NCBI GenBank assembly: GCA_041661405.1
Contig: JBAZUL010000002.1
Location: 3,715 to 67,714, forward strand
DNA: 64,000 nt
DNA from: Patescibacteria group bacterium
GTDB lineage: Bacteria; Patescibacteriota; Patescibacteriia; Patescibacteriales; JBAZCA01
Direction: 5' to 3'
A model generated the notes under the pieces. That model worked only from the letters and a program-made list of their open reading frames with translations. It was not told the DNA's origin and ran no database searches. The first letter of the stretch is position 1. Every line of letters begins with the position of its first letter. The position numbers were made by a program, and so were the translations under genes. This document shows, piece after piece, positions 19,536 to 30,067 of this stretch.

Positions 19536-20282
19536 TTAATGCTCCAAAAATTTCAAAGCGTACATGAGGGATATCCCGATCATGATGAATAAAAACTGTT
19601 TTAAGGATTTTAGCGGGTCGGCGTCTTTTCTAAGTTCGGGAAGAAGGTCGGCCATGGCGATATAAATAAATCCGCCGGCCGCGAGCGGCAGGAGACTCGC
19701 GGAAACTTCTTCCGGCCGGATGCCGACGATTAAGACGACCATCGCGCCGAGAACAGCGGAAAGGGCGGTAAGGAAGTTAAGGGCAATCGCTTTGGTTCGG
19801 TTATATCCGGCGTAGATAAGCACGCCAAAGTCGCCGATTTCCTGCGGAATCTCATGGGCGATAACGGCGACTGTTGTAACGATCCCCAAGGGAAAACTTA
19901 TTAAAAACGATCCGGCGATTACCATGCCGTCAATAAAATTATGGAGGCCGTCGCCAACCAGGTTCATGATCCCGAGATGGTGCGGGTGAGCCGGAGAAGT
20001 CGGGATATGGCAATGGCGCCAGCAAACCAGCCGCTCCAGGATGAAAAAAATAATTATCCCGCCTAAAAACCAAAACCAGGGGATGGTTGAACCGCTGTTT
20101 TCAGAAAGCGCTTCGGGAAGGAGGTGAAGAACCGCGCCGCCGAGCATGGTTCCGGCCGAAAGGCTTACGAGAAGCATTACGGCTTTTTTTAGTTTTTCCG
20201 GCTGAAGGGCGAGTGAAATTACTCCCACAAAGGATATGAGAGAGACGATAAAAACCGCGGCAAGGGAATATATAGCAACCAT
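19536..20282 (-). CDS. ZIP family metal transporter
   Basis: 'HLLPEA', 'GDGLHNFIDG', 'AHEIPQEIGDF'; start taken at ATG 20282. Confidence 0.93.
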   Translation of the reverse strand: MVAIYSLAAVFIVSLISFVGVISLALQPEKLKKAVMLLVSLSAGTMLGGAVLHLLPEALSENSGSTIPWFWFLGGIIIFFILERLVCWRHCHIPTSPAHPHHLGIMNLVGDGLHNFIDGMVIAGSFLISFPLGIVTTVAVIAHEIPQEIGDFGVLIYAGYNRTKAIALNFLTALSAVLGAMVVLIVGIRPEEVSASLLPLAAGGFIYIAMADLLPELRKDADPLKSLKQFLFIMIGISLMYALKFLEH

Positions 20283-20443
20283 AGTATTTGCGCGAGGAGT
20301 TAAGTAGATTAAACTTAACAGTATATTAGCATTATTTTTCGTTTTTCGGCAAGCGATTTTTTCCATTTTTCGGCTTTGACGCGGAGCGGTTTTTAGACTA
20401 TGATGTATTTACTTTAAGACTTCCAATTAAATCGCCCTTTATT

Positions 20444-20812
20444 ATGAAATTAACCGTAAAAATGAGCCAATTGCCGGCCAATCCCGAGCAATTTTTAAGA
20501 AGAGCCGGTTACGGCTATATTGAGGATCGGAGGCGGGGGACAAAAAGCTTTGTCCGGAGGTTAGGAGCCGGGTTTTACCCGAGACTGCATATGTACGCTG
20601 AGCGGGAAGGCGAGAGCGTGTCATTTAATCTCCATCTTGACCAAAAGCAGGCGAGCTACGCCGGAGCGCGCGCCCATAACGCCGAATACGGCGGATCGGT
20701 CGTTTCCGGAGAAATGGAGCGGATAAAAAATTTATTGCTTAACGCGGAACGGGCTGCGCCTGACCCAATTCCGGTCAGGGAAAAGGGATGGTGGAGAAAA
20801 ACATTTAGTTAG
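20444..20812 (+). CDS. Conserved hypothetical protein
   Basis: Clean ORF upstream of dnaG with 'YPRLH' and 'LHLDQK'; function not recognised. Confidence 0.7.
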   Translation: MKLTVKMSQLPANPEQFLRRAGYGYIEDRRRGTKSFVRRLGAGFYPRLHMYAEREGESVSFNLHLDQKQASYAGARAHNAEYGGSVVSGEMERIKNLLLNAERAAPDPIPVREKGWWRKTFS

Positions 20813-20872
20813 TTGAATGGTTGATTGGTTAATTAGGAATTACTAATTAACCAATCAACTAATTAACCATTA
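20806..20872. repeat. Inverted array of ~8-bp AT-rich units forming a long hairpin
   Basis: gttgattggttaattag (20820-20836) pairs perfectly with ctaattaaccaatcaac (20843-20859); degenerate units on both sides. Confidence 0.75.
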
Positions 20873-20873
20873 C

Positions 20874-22781
20874 ATGCAGCCTTCTGAGGAGATAAAATCA
20901 AAATTGGATATCGTGGATGTCATCCGCGAATATATACCGCTCCGGCCAGCCGGGATGAATTTTCGCGCCAATTGCCCGTTTCATAACGAAAAGTCGCCTT
21001 CATTCATGGTTTCTTCGGAAAAGCAGATTTGGCATTGCTTTGGTTGCGGCAAGGGCGGCGATGTCCTTTCTTTTGTCATGGAAATGGAGGGGCTAAGCTT
21101 TGTTGAAACCCTTCGGGCGCTCGCTCCCCGGGCGGGCGTAGTTTTAAAGAAGACTGATTCAAAAATTGAGTCTAAACGGAACCGGCTCTTAGACATCCTT
21201 GAAATCTCGGCCGAATTTTACCATGAGGCGCTTATGAGCCGCCCGGAAGCCGAACCGGCTCGCGAATATTTAAAAAACCGGGGATTGAAAAAAGAAACTT
21301 TGGAAGATTGGAAAATCGGCTACAGTTTTGATTCATGGGATCGGCTGTTTCTTTTCCTGAAAAAGAGAGGTTATGAGGAAAATGAAATATTCATGGCCGG
21401 CATGGCGGTGCGGAAAGACAAAGGCGGCGGTTTTTACGACCGGTTCCGCGGCCGGATCATGTTTCCCATAAAAAATTTGAACGGCAATGTCGCCGGATTT
21501 TCCGCCCGGGTAAGTCCGGAAAAAGAAAAAACCGAGGTAATGGGAAAATACATCAACAGTCCGGCAACGCTGGTTTATGACAAGTCAAAAATCCTTTTCG
21601 GGCTCCATAAGGCCAAGATGGAAATAAAAAAGAAAAACTTGGCCATCATTACCGAAGGGCAGATGGATGTCATTACTTCCCATCAGGCCGGTTTTCAAAA
21701 CACTATTGCCTCGTCCGGAACGGCTCTTACTGAAGAGCAGGTAAAGCTCATAAAAAGATACACCCCGAATATCGCTCTGGCTTTTGATTCTGACGCGGCG
21801 GGCGAGATGGCGGCCGAGCGCGGAGCAGGGGAAGCTATGGCGGCCGGCATGAACATTTCGGTCATAGAGGTGCCTTTAGGAAAAGATCCGGATGAATGCA
21901 TAAAAAAAGATCCGGGCGAGTGGACTGGCGCGATTGCCAACGCCAAACCGATTATGCAGTATTTTTTTGACCAGACCTTTTCCCGCCTGGATCCGGATAA
22001 AATTGACGAAAAGCGCGAAGCCGCCGCTAAACTTATCGGCGTAATATCGCGCCTGGAAAATAGGATTGAAGAAGATTTCTGGCTAAGAAAACTCGGGCAG
22101 AAAATTGACGTTCCGGAAAATATTTTAAGGGAAACATTAGCTAAAATAAGGGAAAAACAAAAATCCCGCGAAGAAAAAAGGCCGCTTTCGGGTAATACTC
22201 TAAGACAGGCCGGGAAAATTGAAGAAAAGGGAGTTCTTTCGGCCGGCCGGAAGCCAAGACAGACCCGCGAAGAACTCTTGTCAGATATTTTTTTAGCTTT
22301 GCTTTTAAGGTTTCCGTCGCACCTTCCGCACGCCGTCGGCAACGTAAGTCTTGACTGCCTGGCGCGGAGTTCCAAGCCTATTTACAGCAACCTGATTTTT
22401 TATTATAATAATATTGGAAAAGAACTAATCTTTGAAGCAGACCCGGAGAACCTCAGTAAAATTTTTTACGAGGATTTTAAATGCTGGATCCGGGATCGCG
22501 ACGGCGGTGAAACATGCGATAGTCTTGATTTTTTATCCCTTTTAGGCGAGAGGGATTGTTATCATTTAGGAATTGACGACGCCGGAAAGGAAATACTCCG
22601 GATATCAATTGAGCTGAAAAAAAATTATCTTGCCGGACGGCTTAAGGAAATTGAAAAGCTAATTAGCGCCGCCGAAGCTGAGCCGGATGATTTTACTGAA
22701 AAAGAAAATGAGATGGCGTCACTCCTTAAAGAATTCAGCGAGCTCGTTGACGAAAAAAAGGGAATGGACGCGAGCGATTGA
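20874..22781 (+). CDS. dnaG: DNA primase
   Basis: CHC2 Zn finger 'CPFHNEKSPSF...CFGCG', 'DRFRGRIMFP', 'KYINSP', TOPRIM 'EGQMD...DSDAAG'. Confidence 0.97.
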   Translation: MQPSEEIKSKLDIVDVIREYIPLRPAGMNFRANCPFHNEKSPSFMVSSEKQIWHCFGCGKGGDVLSFVMEMEGLSFVETLRALAPRAGVVLKKTDSKIESKRNRLLDILEISAEFYHEALMSRPEAEPAREYLKNRGLKKETLEDWKIGYSFDSWDRLFLFLKKRGYEENEIFMAGMAVRKDKGGGFYDRFRGRIMFPIKNLNGNVAGFSARVSPEKEKTEVMGKYINSPATLVYDKSKILFGLHKAKMEIKKKNLAIITEGQMDVITSHQAGFQNTIASSGTALTEEQVKLIKRYTPNIALAFDSDAAGEMAAERGAGEAMAAGMNISVIEVPLGKDPDECIKKDPGEWTGAIANAKPIMQYFFDQTFSRLDPDKIDEKREAAAKLIGVISRLENRIEEDFWLRKLGQKIDVPENILRETLAKIREKQKSREEKRPLSGNTLRQAGKIEEKGVLSAGRKPRQTREELLSDIFLALLLRFPSHLPHAVGNVSLDCLARSSKPIYSNLIFYYNNIGKELIFEADPENLSKIFYEDFKCWIRDRDGGETCDSLDFLSLLGERDCYHLGIDDAGKEILRISIELKKNYLAGRLKEIEKLISAAEAEPDDFTEKENEMASLLKEFSELVDEKKGMDASD

Positions 22782-22794
22782 TATTTAAAAAAAA

Positions 22795-24075
22795 ATGGCA
22801 AAGAAAAAAAACAACTTCAAAAAAGTTAAAAAAATTTTGAAGAAGGCCGTTAACAATAAACCTCAAAAAAAGAAGGCTGTTTTTCGGCCGGCTAAGAAAA
22901 AGCCGTTTAAGCCTGGAAACATAAAAAAATTATTTTCCCGGACAACGAAGCCGGTGATAAAAAAAAGGGTGATTGAGGTTTTACCGATAAAGTTTCCCGG
23001 AACGGATGACATGAAAAAGCTCATAGAAAAAGGCCGGATGCGCGGATTCGTAACCGAGACCGAGCTGATTTATGTTTTTCCTGAAATTGAGGAATATGTT
23101 TTTGATTTTGAACTTTTTCTGGAATTATTGCAGAAAAACGGCATCCGCATCGTTGAATCGCCAAGGGGATTTCTTGAGGTCGGGCCGAAAAAAACCGAAA
23201 AAGAAATAAAAGCCGAAGAAAAATTAAAGATTGACCTGGCCGGACTCCACAGCGTTGATTCAATCCAGATGTACCTTAAGGAAATCGGCAAAGTGCCGCT
23301 ACTCACCCAGGAAGAGGAGGTTGAGCTTTCCAAGCGCAAGGAAAAAGGCGAAAAGGAAGCCGAGCGCCGGCTCATAGAAGCGAACTTAAGGCTCGTTGTT
23401 TCCATTGCCAAGAAATTCGTCGGCGCCAAAGGACTTTCGCTTTTGGATTTAATCCAGGAGGGAAATATCGGCCTTTTTCGAGCGGTGGAAAAATTTGAGT
23501 ACCGCAAAGGCTACAAATTTTCTACCTACGCCACCTGGTGGATCAGGCAGGCGATTACCCGGGCTTTAGCCGACCAGTCGCGGACGATTCGCATACCGGT
23601 CCATATGGTTGAGACTATTAACCGGTTCCAGCAGATAGAGCGGCAGTTAATCCAGGATCTCGGGCGCGAACCTTTGCCCGAAGAAATCGCCGCCGAAATG
23701 AACGAGGAAATTGACAAGGTGCGGCATATAATAAAAATCTCCCAGGATACAGTATCCTTGGGGACGAGCGTGGGCGAAGATGAAGACGATTCAACTTTAG
23801 AGGATTTTATTGAAGACGTAAAAAACGTAACTCCGGATCGGACCGCGGCTTTGAGCCTCTTAAAAGATTATGTTAAGCAGGTTATTTCGGATCTTTCCGC
23901 CAGAGAGCAGAAAATTTTAGAAATGCGCTTCGGATTGGCGGACGGCGTTACCCATACTTTAGAAGAAGTCGGCCAGGAGTTTGACGTTACCCGGGAGCGG
24001 ATCCGTCAGATTGAAGCCAAAGCCCTGGAGCGGATCCGGCGGCACGCTCAGATAAAAAAATTACAGGATTTTTAA
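22795..24075 (+). CDS. rpoD: RNA polymerase primary sigma factor
   Basis: '[11 protein letters not shown]', '[20 protein letters not shown]', '[13 protein letters not shown]'; dnaG-rpoD order. Confidence 0.96.
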   Translation: MAKKKNNFKKVKKILKKAVNNKPQKKKAVFRPAKKKPFKPGNIKKLFSRTTKPVIKKRVIEVLPIKFPGTDDMKKLIEKGRMRGFVTETELIYVFPEIEEYVFDFELFLELLQKNGIRIVESPRGFLEVGPKKTEKEIKAEEKLKIDLAGLHSVDSIQMYLKEIGKVPLLTQEEEVELSKRKEKGEKEAERRLIEANLRLVVSIAKKFVGAKGLSLLDLIQEGNIGLFRAVEKFEYRKGYKFSTYATWWIRQAITRALADQSRTIRIPVHMVETINRFQQIERQLIQDLGREPLPEEIAAEMNEEIDKVRHIIKISQDTVSLGTSVGEDEDDSTLEDFIEDVKNVTPDRTAALSLLKDYVKQVISDLSAREQKILEMRFGLADGVTHTLEEVGQEFDVTRERIRQIEAKALERIRRHAQIKKLQDF

Positions 24076-24081
24076 AATTAA

Positions 24082-25488
24082 TTGAATAATACCATGCGAA
24101 GATTCCCCATGCTTTCGCTACTCATGGTAGCGACTCTCCTTTCTTCTTACCCCGCGCCAGTAATGGGCGAGGAAAATCTTATTTCAACTGCTGGCGACGA
24201 CTCGTCCGTCTCGGTTGAAGTTACAGCCGAAGATACCGGGCTTACCGTTGAGGCGACAAATAACGCCGCTACCGAACAAACCGAAGCCCTTGAAACAACC
24301 GGCGCTATGATTGAAATCGGCAACACGACTGCCGAAAGCACGACCGTTGTCGTTCGCCTGCCGGACGGAGCGGGCGGCACAACCGATGAGACCCTGGAAA
24401 TAAGCCGGGCGACCAGTCTTATCAACGGCGTTGGCCAAAAGACGTCGCTTGATGATTGGATTGCCGGCGACCAGCTTAAGTTCAGCGCTTTAAAAAACAA
24501 AAACAGCGGAGAAATAATCGCCAAAAAAATCGCGAATCTGGCCATGAAAAAAGGCTATAAAGGCGCGAACGGCTGGATTAAGGAAATCCGAGCTGATAAA
24601 AACGAGGTGGACGTTATTTACGGAAAAGTGATTTACACGCTTGACGTTTCCGGCGCGAAAATGGTGGCCGGCTTAAAAAATCCGGCGGCTATTACGGACT
24701 TAAAAACAGGCGACCGGATCAGGGCGAGAATTACCGAAGATAATGACGGAAACGGTCTTACCTGGGACGCGAAGACGCTCGTGGTTCTGCGCCGCGGGGA
24801 GACCTTATTCATGAAAGTAAGTCGCTGGGTAGTGCCGGGAAAAATCGTTAGTCTGCCGGATGATTTGTCCGTGACGGGCGGGGTAATGGTAATAGAAATT
24901 TTAGCCAATAAGTTTTACCAAAAAGGCGATGTCAATAATTTAATCGGCGAACCGGGCGAAAAATTGGAAGTGCTGGTTGACGAGAAAACTCAGCTTCGCC
25001 GGAAATTCATGGGCAAGTGTCTTTTAGGCGAATTTACCGAAGGCGATACAGTCCAGGTCTTAGGCCGTTTAAACGAAACAACCGGCCAGCTGGACGCGAA
25101 AATGATCCGGGATAATTCCATCCAGAAATTAGGTGTCGCGACCCGGGTGGCGAAAATCAACAGCGTCAACACAACGAACAATACCCTCACCGCTGTTTAC
25201 GGTAATAATAAAAAAGAGTTTACTGTCACCTTAGCCAAAGACGGAAAAGTGTACGAGCGGACAGTTGCCAATACTGAAGACGCCAAATCTGTTACGCTCA
25301 CAACAATTAATTTTTCCGATCTGGTTTCAGGAAGAAGAATCAGGATTAGGGGAGTAGCCAATAAAAGGAACGCGGCCATAACCGCCCAGGCGATAGTTAT
25401 GTTGCCGGAACAGTCAAGCGCGGATGGCAATCAGAACGATGACAGTAATACGCAAGAAAATTCCGATAATTCCAATTCCGGCCAGTAG
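24082..25488 (+). CDS. Secreted protein with repeated small beta-barrel (DUF5666-like) domains; start probably 24094
   Basis: Signal peptide; recurring 'L(K)xGDxV/IxxxG...A' units. Confidence 0.6.
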   Translation: MNNTMRRFPMLSLLMVATLLSSYPAPVMGEENLISTAGDDSSVSVEVTAEDTGLTVEATNNAATEQTEALETTGAMIEIGNTTAESTTVVVRLPDGAGGTTDETLEISRATSLINGVGQKTSLDDWIAGDQLKFSALKNKNSGEIIAKKIANLAMKKGYKGANGWIKEIRADKNEVDVIYGKVIYTLDVSGAKMVAGLKNPAAITDLKTGDRIRARITEDNDGNGLTWDAKTLVVLRRGETLFMKVSRWVVPGKIVSLPDDLSVTGGVMVIEILANKFYQKGDVNNLIGEPGEKLEVLVDEKTQLRRKFMGKCLLGEFTEGDTVQVLGRLNETTGQLDAKMIRDNSIQKLGVATRVAKINSVNTTNNTLTAVYGNNKKEFTVTLAKDGKVYERTVANTEDAKSVTLTTINFSDLVSGRRIRIRGVANKRNAAITAQAIVMLPEQSSADGNQNDDSNTQENSDNSNSGQ

Positions 25489-25521
25489 CTCCTTTGCCTA
25501 AAAAGATTATTGAAAGCAGAG

Positions 25522-25550
25522 AAGGGGAGAGGCTAAAATCTCTCCCCTTT
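25522..25550 (+). terminator. Intrinsic terminator
   Basis: aaggggaga...tctccccttt hairpin after the ORF. Confidence 0.6.
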
Positions 25551-25618
25551 AATTAATTATTGACTTTTAGGCGGGTATTTATTAATATATGGTTAGTGCC
25601 AAACAGGCATTTTTTTAT

Positions 25619-25693
25619 TCCCGGGTAGCGCAGCGGTAGCGCAGCTCGCTGTTAACGAGTTGGTCGTCGGTTCGAATCCGACCCCGGGAGCCA
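25619..25693 (+). tRNA. tRNA-Asn (GTT)
   Basis: Acceptor stem tcccggg/cccggga, anticodon arm ctcg-ctGTTaa-cgag, T-loop ggttcgaatcc, encoded CCA. Confidence 0.97.
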
Positions 25694-25781
25694 GATAAGA
25701 AAAGTTCTAAGCGACCCCTCCCTGTCATATTGCTTAAACAGGGAAGTAACTAAAAATAAAATAAAAAGTTAATAATTAAGT

Positions 25782-26141
25782 TTGACTAACATGCAATCAA
25801 GCGAATTGGCGGATAGGGTCTATTCAATTTTGAAAGAACGAGCCTTAATAAATCAGCCAATTTTTTATGGTGAATTATATAAAATGGTTGGGCTTGATCA
25901 CGGTAAAGTGGTTGATAGGAGTAAGGGTAGTGAGTTGCTAGAATCCGCAAATATTATAAGTGGTGAGGATTATATGATTTCCTCTTTTGCGGTAAGTAAG
26001 GAAGCAAATGGCCCTTACCACGGATTTTATGTTTTAGCCGAAAAATGGGGCAGAATTAAGCACGGATTAACCGAGCAGGAGAAAATGGTTTTTTGGGTGG
26101 AAGAAATGAAGAGAGTCCATAAAAAATGTAATAAGCTATAG
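25782..26141 (+). CDS. Small hypothetical protein, possible winged-helix; start may be 25791
   Basis: 'PIFYGELYKMVG' and 'W.EEMKRV' pattern; AT-rich islet next to the tRNA. Confidence 0.55.
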   Translation: MTNMQSSELADRVYSILKERALINQPIFYGELYKMVGLDHGKVVDRSKGSELLESANIISGEDYMISSFAVSKEANGPYHGFYVLAEKWGRIKHGLTEQEKMVFWVEEMKRVHKKCNKL

Positions 26142-26184
26142 AATTTGAGAAAATTATGGAAATGTCATTAATTTTTTTAGTTAT

Positions 26185-26874
26185 ATGCATTTAGAAAGAT
26201 TTGATAGTTTTTTACAAACAGTGCCCTTAAAAGACTATAGGAAAAAATATAGTAGCATTAAAATTGTTGAGATGGATTTGCCTAAAGATATACAAGCAAT
26301 TAATCTTTTATATAAAGTCTATTGGGAGGAAAATAAATTTATTTCCTTTGAAAAATTTTATAAGAGATATTCAGAAGAAAAAAAGGAGTTACTCGAGAAA
26401 TTTAGAAAGAAAACAACAATGTGTAAAAATTGTTTCTATCGCGGAATAGAAGCAAGGACTTACAGGACCTGGGCTGGGTTAATAACCCAAATCCATGGCG
26501 GATATGTTGCCGAGTCTGTCTTTGGCAAAGGAACCGTAAGCATGTCAAGAGAATTAGACTCTTTGGGAGCCGATATAAGAGTTAAGTATAGAGACGATAT
26601 TTTAAATTATCAGGTTAAAAAAACGAGTTTTAGCGGAGTAATGAGCAGGGTTCCGCTTCCAAGAAAAAAGAAGACAGAAGGGGAAAATATTGACATAAAG
26701 TATGAAGTGCCTGCTTGTTTATCTGACCCAAAAACAAAAAAGGGAGAATTTAGAATACCATATTTGAGATTTTTAGAAGACAAGCGAATAAAGGCATTTA
26801 GCAACGGTTTTGTAGTTTTTACTCCTTACATTTTTGTAAGCAAAAAGAAAGAAATAGACAAAAGTTTAAAATAA
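26185..26874 (+). CDS. TaqI-family type II restriction endonuclease
   Basis: Blocks resembling R.TaqI as recalled from memory: 'KYSSIKIVEMDLP', 'GIEARTYRT...TQIH', 'ELDSLGAD', 'QVKK', 'NGFVVF'. Confidence 0.82.
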   Translation: MHLERFDSFLQTVPLKDYRKKYSSIKIVEMDLPKDIQAINLLYKVYWEENKFISFEKFYKRYSEEKKELLEKFRKKTTMCKNCFYRGIEARTYRTWAGLITQIHGGYVAESVFGKGTVSMSRELDSLGADIRVKYRDDILNYQVKKTSFSGVMSRVPLPRKKKTEGENIDIKYEVPACLSDPKTKKGEFRIPYLRFLEDKRIKAFSNGFVVFTPYIFVSKKKEIDKSLK

Positions 26875-28398
26875 TTTTGGAATATATTTTGTATTATTTA
26901 GTATATGGTTAGCGATTTTAATATATTCAGGATTTATCTCAAAACCAATAAAAGATTGTCCTAATTCTTTCGCGGCAATACATTCAGAACCAGAACCAAC
27001 AAATGGCACCAACACGATGCCATTTTTTTGTGGCATTGCGGATTGAATTAATTTTCGCGATAACTCCAGCGGTTTTTGGGTGGGATGCTTTATAATATTA
27101 TGATCCTGATGTTTTTTGAGTTCTTTTGGCGAATAAATATTATTACAATCTTTGCATAAAAAATATCTTTCAGACATTCCAGCTCCTCCGGCCAGAGCGG
27201 GAATTTTTAATACATCTCTAGGGAGCGCGCCGTTCTCATGAGCATTATAAACTGTTTCTTTTCCGCTACTGCTAAAACGACCGGCGGTAGCCGCTCTTAT
27301 TTTACCCGCGGCCCCATTTAAAAATCCTTCGGTGTATGGTTCTCTAACTTCATCTCTATTAAAAATTGGTTGTTGTTTCCAGGCGCAAATAATTGCCTCA
27401 TGGCTTCTTTGCCAAAAATTTAAAGAAGCGACATTTTTATTAGTATAATGCCAGATGAGCCATCTTTTCGGTAAAGAAATTTCTACTGATAGATAAGCCA
27501 AAATTTCGCTAAAGCCGTAAATAAATATTGTTCCGTTTGGCTTCATTACGCGAATACATTCATTTATCCATTCATTACACCAAGCGATATATTCTTTTAA
27601 TTCTCTTTTGTCGTGATTATTACCGAAATCTTTGCCTATGTTGTAGGGCGGATCAGCGACGACGACATCGCAACTTTCGTCAGGAAGTTTTTTTATTTCG
27701 TTTATAACATCGCCACAAATGATTTGATTTAATGGTAAATTTTTATATTGTATTGTTTGTTTTTTTTCTGTCTGTAATTCGGGCGTTACATTTTTAATGA
27801 CATCAATTACAATTCCTTGAATCATTAAATTTTCCGGTTTAACATATATCGGGCTTATTCTTAAATTCGCCGGCTGTAAACGAATCCTACCTTTTTCTTT
27901 ATAGATTTTTTTTAGCGTTGCTTCGCTATTATCAATTAACGCTACAATTTTTTGTCCGTTAACCGCCGTGGTTTGACTTTTAATTATTACGATGTCTCCA
28001 TCGTTAATGTTTTCTCCGATCATACTGCTACCGCTTACGCGCAAGGCAAAAAGATCGGCTGATTTTGGTAAGTTAATTTTAGGCACGGCGATTGTTTCTC
28101 TTTCTTCTATCGCTTCAATTGGTTGCCCAGCGGCTATTGTGCCTTTTAATGGAATTTGGATAAAGTCATCTATTGTTTTCTTAATTTCTATACCCCTTGA
28201 TGAGTTTTCATTTTTTATTAAATAATCTTTATTTATCAACGCTTCAACATGTTGATGCACCGTAGAAAGCGCGGAAAGTTTAAATCGTTTCTTTATTTCT
28301 TCGTAAGTAGGGGATATACCACTTTTTTTAATATATTCAGCAATGAAGTCTAAAATTTGTTTTTGCCTTTTAGTTAAAGTTTGCATAGTGTTTGACAT
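26866..28398 (-). CDS. lexA: LexA repressor fused to a beta-class N6/N4 DNA methyltransferase
   Basis: N-terminal 'LTKRQKQILDFI...PTYEEI', cleavage site 'IAAGQP', catalytic 'GSSM' and 'TLKK'; C-terminal 'DPPY', 'HPTQKP', 'PFVGSGS'. Confidence 0.9.
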   Translation of the reverse strand: MSNTMQTLTKRQKQILDFIAEYIKKSGISPTYEEIKKRFKLSALSTVHQHVEALINKDYLIKNENSSRGIEIKKTIDDFIQIPLKGTIAAGQPIEAIEERETIAVPKINLPKSADLFALRVSGSSMIGENINDGDIVIIKSQTTAVNGQKIVALIDNSEATLKKIYKEKGRIRLQPANLRISPIYVKPENLMIQGIVIDVIKNVTPELQTEKKQTIQYKNLPLNQIICGDVINEIKKLPDESCDVVVADPPYNIGKDFGNNHDKRELKEYIAWCNEWINECIRVMKPNGTIFIYGFSEILAYLSVEISLPKRWLIWHYTNKNVASLNFWQRSHEAIICAWKQQPIFNRDEVREPYTEGFLNGAAGKIRAATAGRFSSSGKETVYNAHENGALPRDVLKIPALAGGAGMSERYFLCKDCNNIYSPKELKKHQDHNIIKHPTQKPLELSRKLIQSAMPQKNGIVLVPFVGSGSECIAAKELGQSFIGFEINPEYIKIANHILNNTKYIPKLF

Positions 28399-28422
28399 TA
28401 TTTATCCACATGTTATATTTAT

Positions 28423-28451
28423 AGTATATACCGAAAATTTACCGAAGTCAA
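28423..28451 (-). promoter_or_regulatory. Sigma70 promoter of lexA-MTase containing a TTCGG-N6-TTCGG direct repeat (candidate LexA operator)
   Basis: Minus strand TTGACT-tcggtaaattttcggta-TATACT with a 17-nt spacer; TTCGGTA occurs twice, 11 bp apart. Confidence 0.75.
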
Positions 28452-28470
28452 AAATATTTTATAATTAATT

Positions 28471-29988
28471 ATGGATAATTATTCATTATACAAACCGCTG
28501 AAAAATCATTTAGGAAAACTTAGCATAAATGAATCATTTTATGTGATATGGGCTTATTCAAACCATTTGCAATTTGGAAATTCATTTCCTTCTGATATCG
28601 AGACCATACCAGAATTTATTAATGCAAAATCTTTACCTGAAAAAAAGATCTATCAATGGGAATTAGAACTTTTATTACGAGAGATTATAATTAATTCTCA
28701 AGATATTGAAAGAGGATTAAAAACATTAAGAAAATGGAATTATTTTATAGGTGCTATAAACAAAATAAAGGATATTGAAAATAAATTGATTTCTGTCAAC
28801 AAGAATAATGTTTTAAAAGAATTTTTTAGGCTAGCCCATAGACAGTTTCCGTGGCAACTGAATATAAATCTCATGTACTTTTATAGATATTATAGAATTT
28901 TTAATGAAACGGACATTGATAAAATACTATATAACAAAGTCGGCATTCACTACGAGAATTTATTTTTAATGGGAACGTCGTTGCTTGGCCATTTTCAGAA
29001 AAATTTTATTATTAAAGAACCATTCAGCACGAATATAAAAGGTATAGCTAATAATGAGGTAAAAAAATTATTTGATATGATTTCAGTTGAACTAGATGAT
29101 TTTAAAAAAATTATACAAAAAGAGCATACTGTTGATGAAAAATTTGCCTATAATACTTACATATTGAGATTATATCCGATAATAAAAAATAAATTTAAAG
29201 GAGATAATACATATTTTTGTCCTTTGACCACTTTATTGTATTGGCGATTTACCAGCGGAATATATTATGAAATTTGCCGTGAAAAAGATTTTGATAATCC
29301 TTTCGGATATGCTTTTAAAAAATATGTTGGGGACGTTTTAAATAAAGCTAATAAGAAAATGACTATTTACCCCGAAGAATATTATGGTTCAAAGAAAAAT
29401 AAAAAGAATACGGTTGATTGGATATTAGATGAAAAAGACGCCGCCCTATTTATTGAATGTAAGACAAAAAGGTTAATAGTACCGGCAAAAATAGAATTAA
29501 ATAATACAGAATTTTTAGATAAAGAACTAGAAAAAATTTCTGATGCAATAGCTCAGGTTTATAAAACCATAAAAGATCATATTGATAAACAATACCCAAG
29601 TTTTTCGTATGACGAAAAAAGGAAAATTTATCCAATTATTTTGACATTAGAGGAGTGGTATTCATTTCCTGACCCAATTAGTCAAGAAATAAATAAAAAA
29701 GTTAAAGAAAAATTTAATCAAAATGGACTGCCTCTTAAATGGTTGGAAGAAATGCCTTATTCTATATGTGGTATTCATGAATTTGAGGAAATTGTTCAAA
29801 TAATACAAACCGTGGGCATTAAAAAATTTATGGAAAGTAAGTTTTCAACCCCTGAATATGCAAGTTGGGATTTAGGCCCCTTCGTAAATTCTTTTTATAA
29901 AGAAGAAAGAAAAAGCGCGATATTTTTATTCCAAAAAGAGTTTGATGATATGTTAAGCGCAAGAGGTTGCCCGGTCATCAATCATTGA
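28471..29988 (+). CDS. Hypothetical protein with a C-terminal PD-(D/E)XK/NERD-like nuclease motif
   Basis: 'VDWILDEKDAALFIECKTKR' and a downstream 'AIAQVY' helix; very AT-rich. Confidence 0.6.
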   Translation: MDNYSLYKPLKNHLGKLSINESFYVIWAYSNHLQFGNSFPSDIETIPEFINAKSLPEKKIYQWELELLLREIIINSQDIERGLKTLRKWNYFIGAINKIKDIENKLISVNKNNVLKEFFRLAHRQFPWQLNINLMYFYRYYRIFNETDIDKILYNKVGIHYENLFLMGTSLLGHFQKNFIIKEPFSTNIKGIANNEVKKLFDMISVELDDFKKIIQKEHTVDEKFAYNTYILRLYPIIKNKFKGDNTYFCPLTTLLYWRFTSGIYYEICREKDFDNPFGYAFKKYVGDVLNKANKKMTIYPEEYYGSKKNKKNTVDWILDEKDAALFIECKTKRLIVPAKIELNNTEFLDKELEKISDAIAQVYKTIKDHIDKQYPSFSYDEKRKIYPIILTLEEWYSFPDPISQEINKKVKEKFNQNGLPLKWLEEMPYSICGIHEFEEIVQIIQTVGIKKFMESKFSTPEYASWDLGPFVNSFYKEERKSAIFLFQKEFDDMLSARGCPVINH

Positions 29989-30067
29989 TTTATAATTTTA
30001 GTTTCAAAAGTAGATATGAATAAAAAAGAATTTGCCGCCAAATTGCCCCGCAGATGCGGAGCGGAGC

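Noticed and set aside
21695-22375. 226-aa antisense ORF in dnaG and similar shadow ORFs (e.g. 62073-62639, 23070-23507)
   Set aside because: They fully overlap well-supported genes on the opposite strand and have no recognisable motifs
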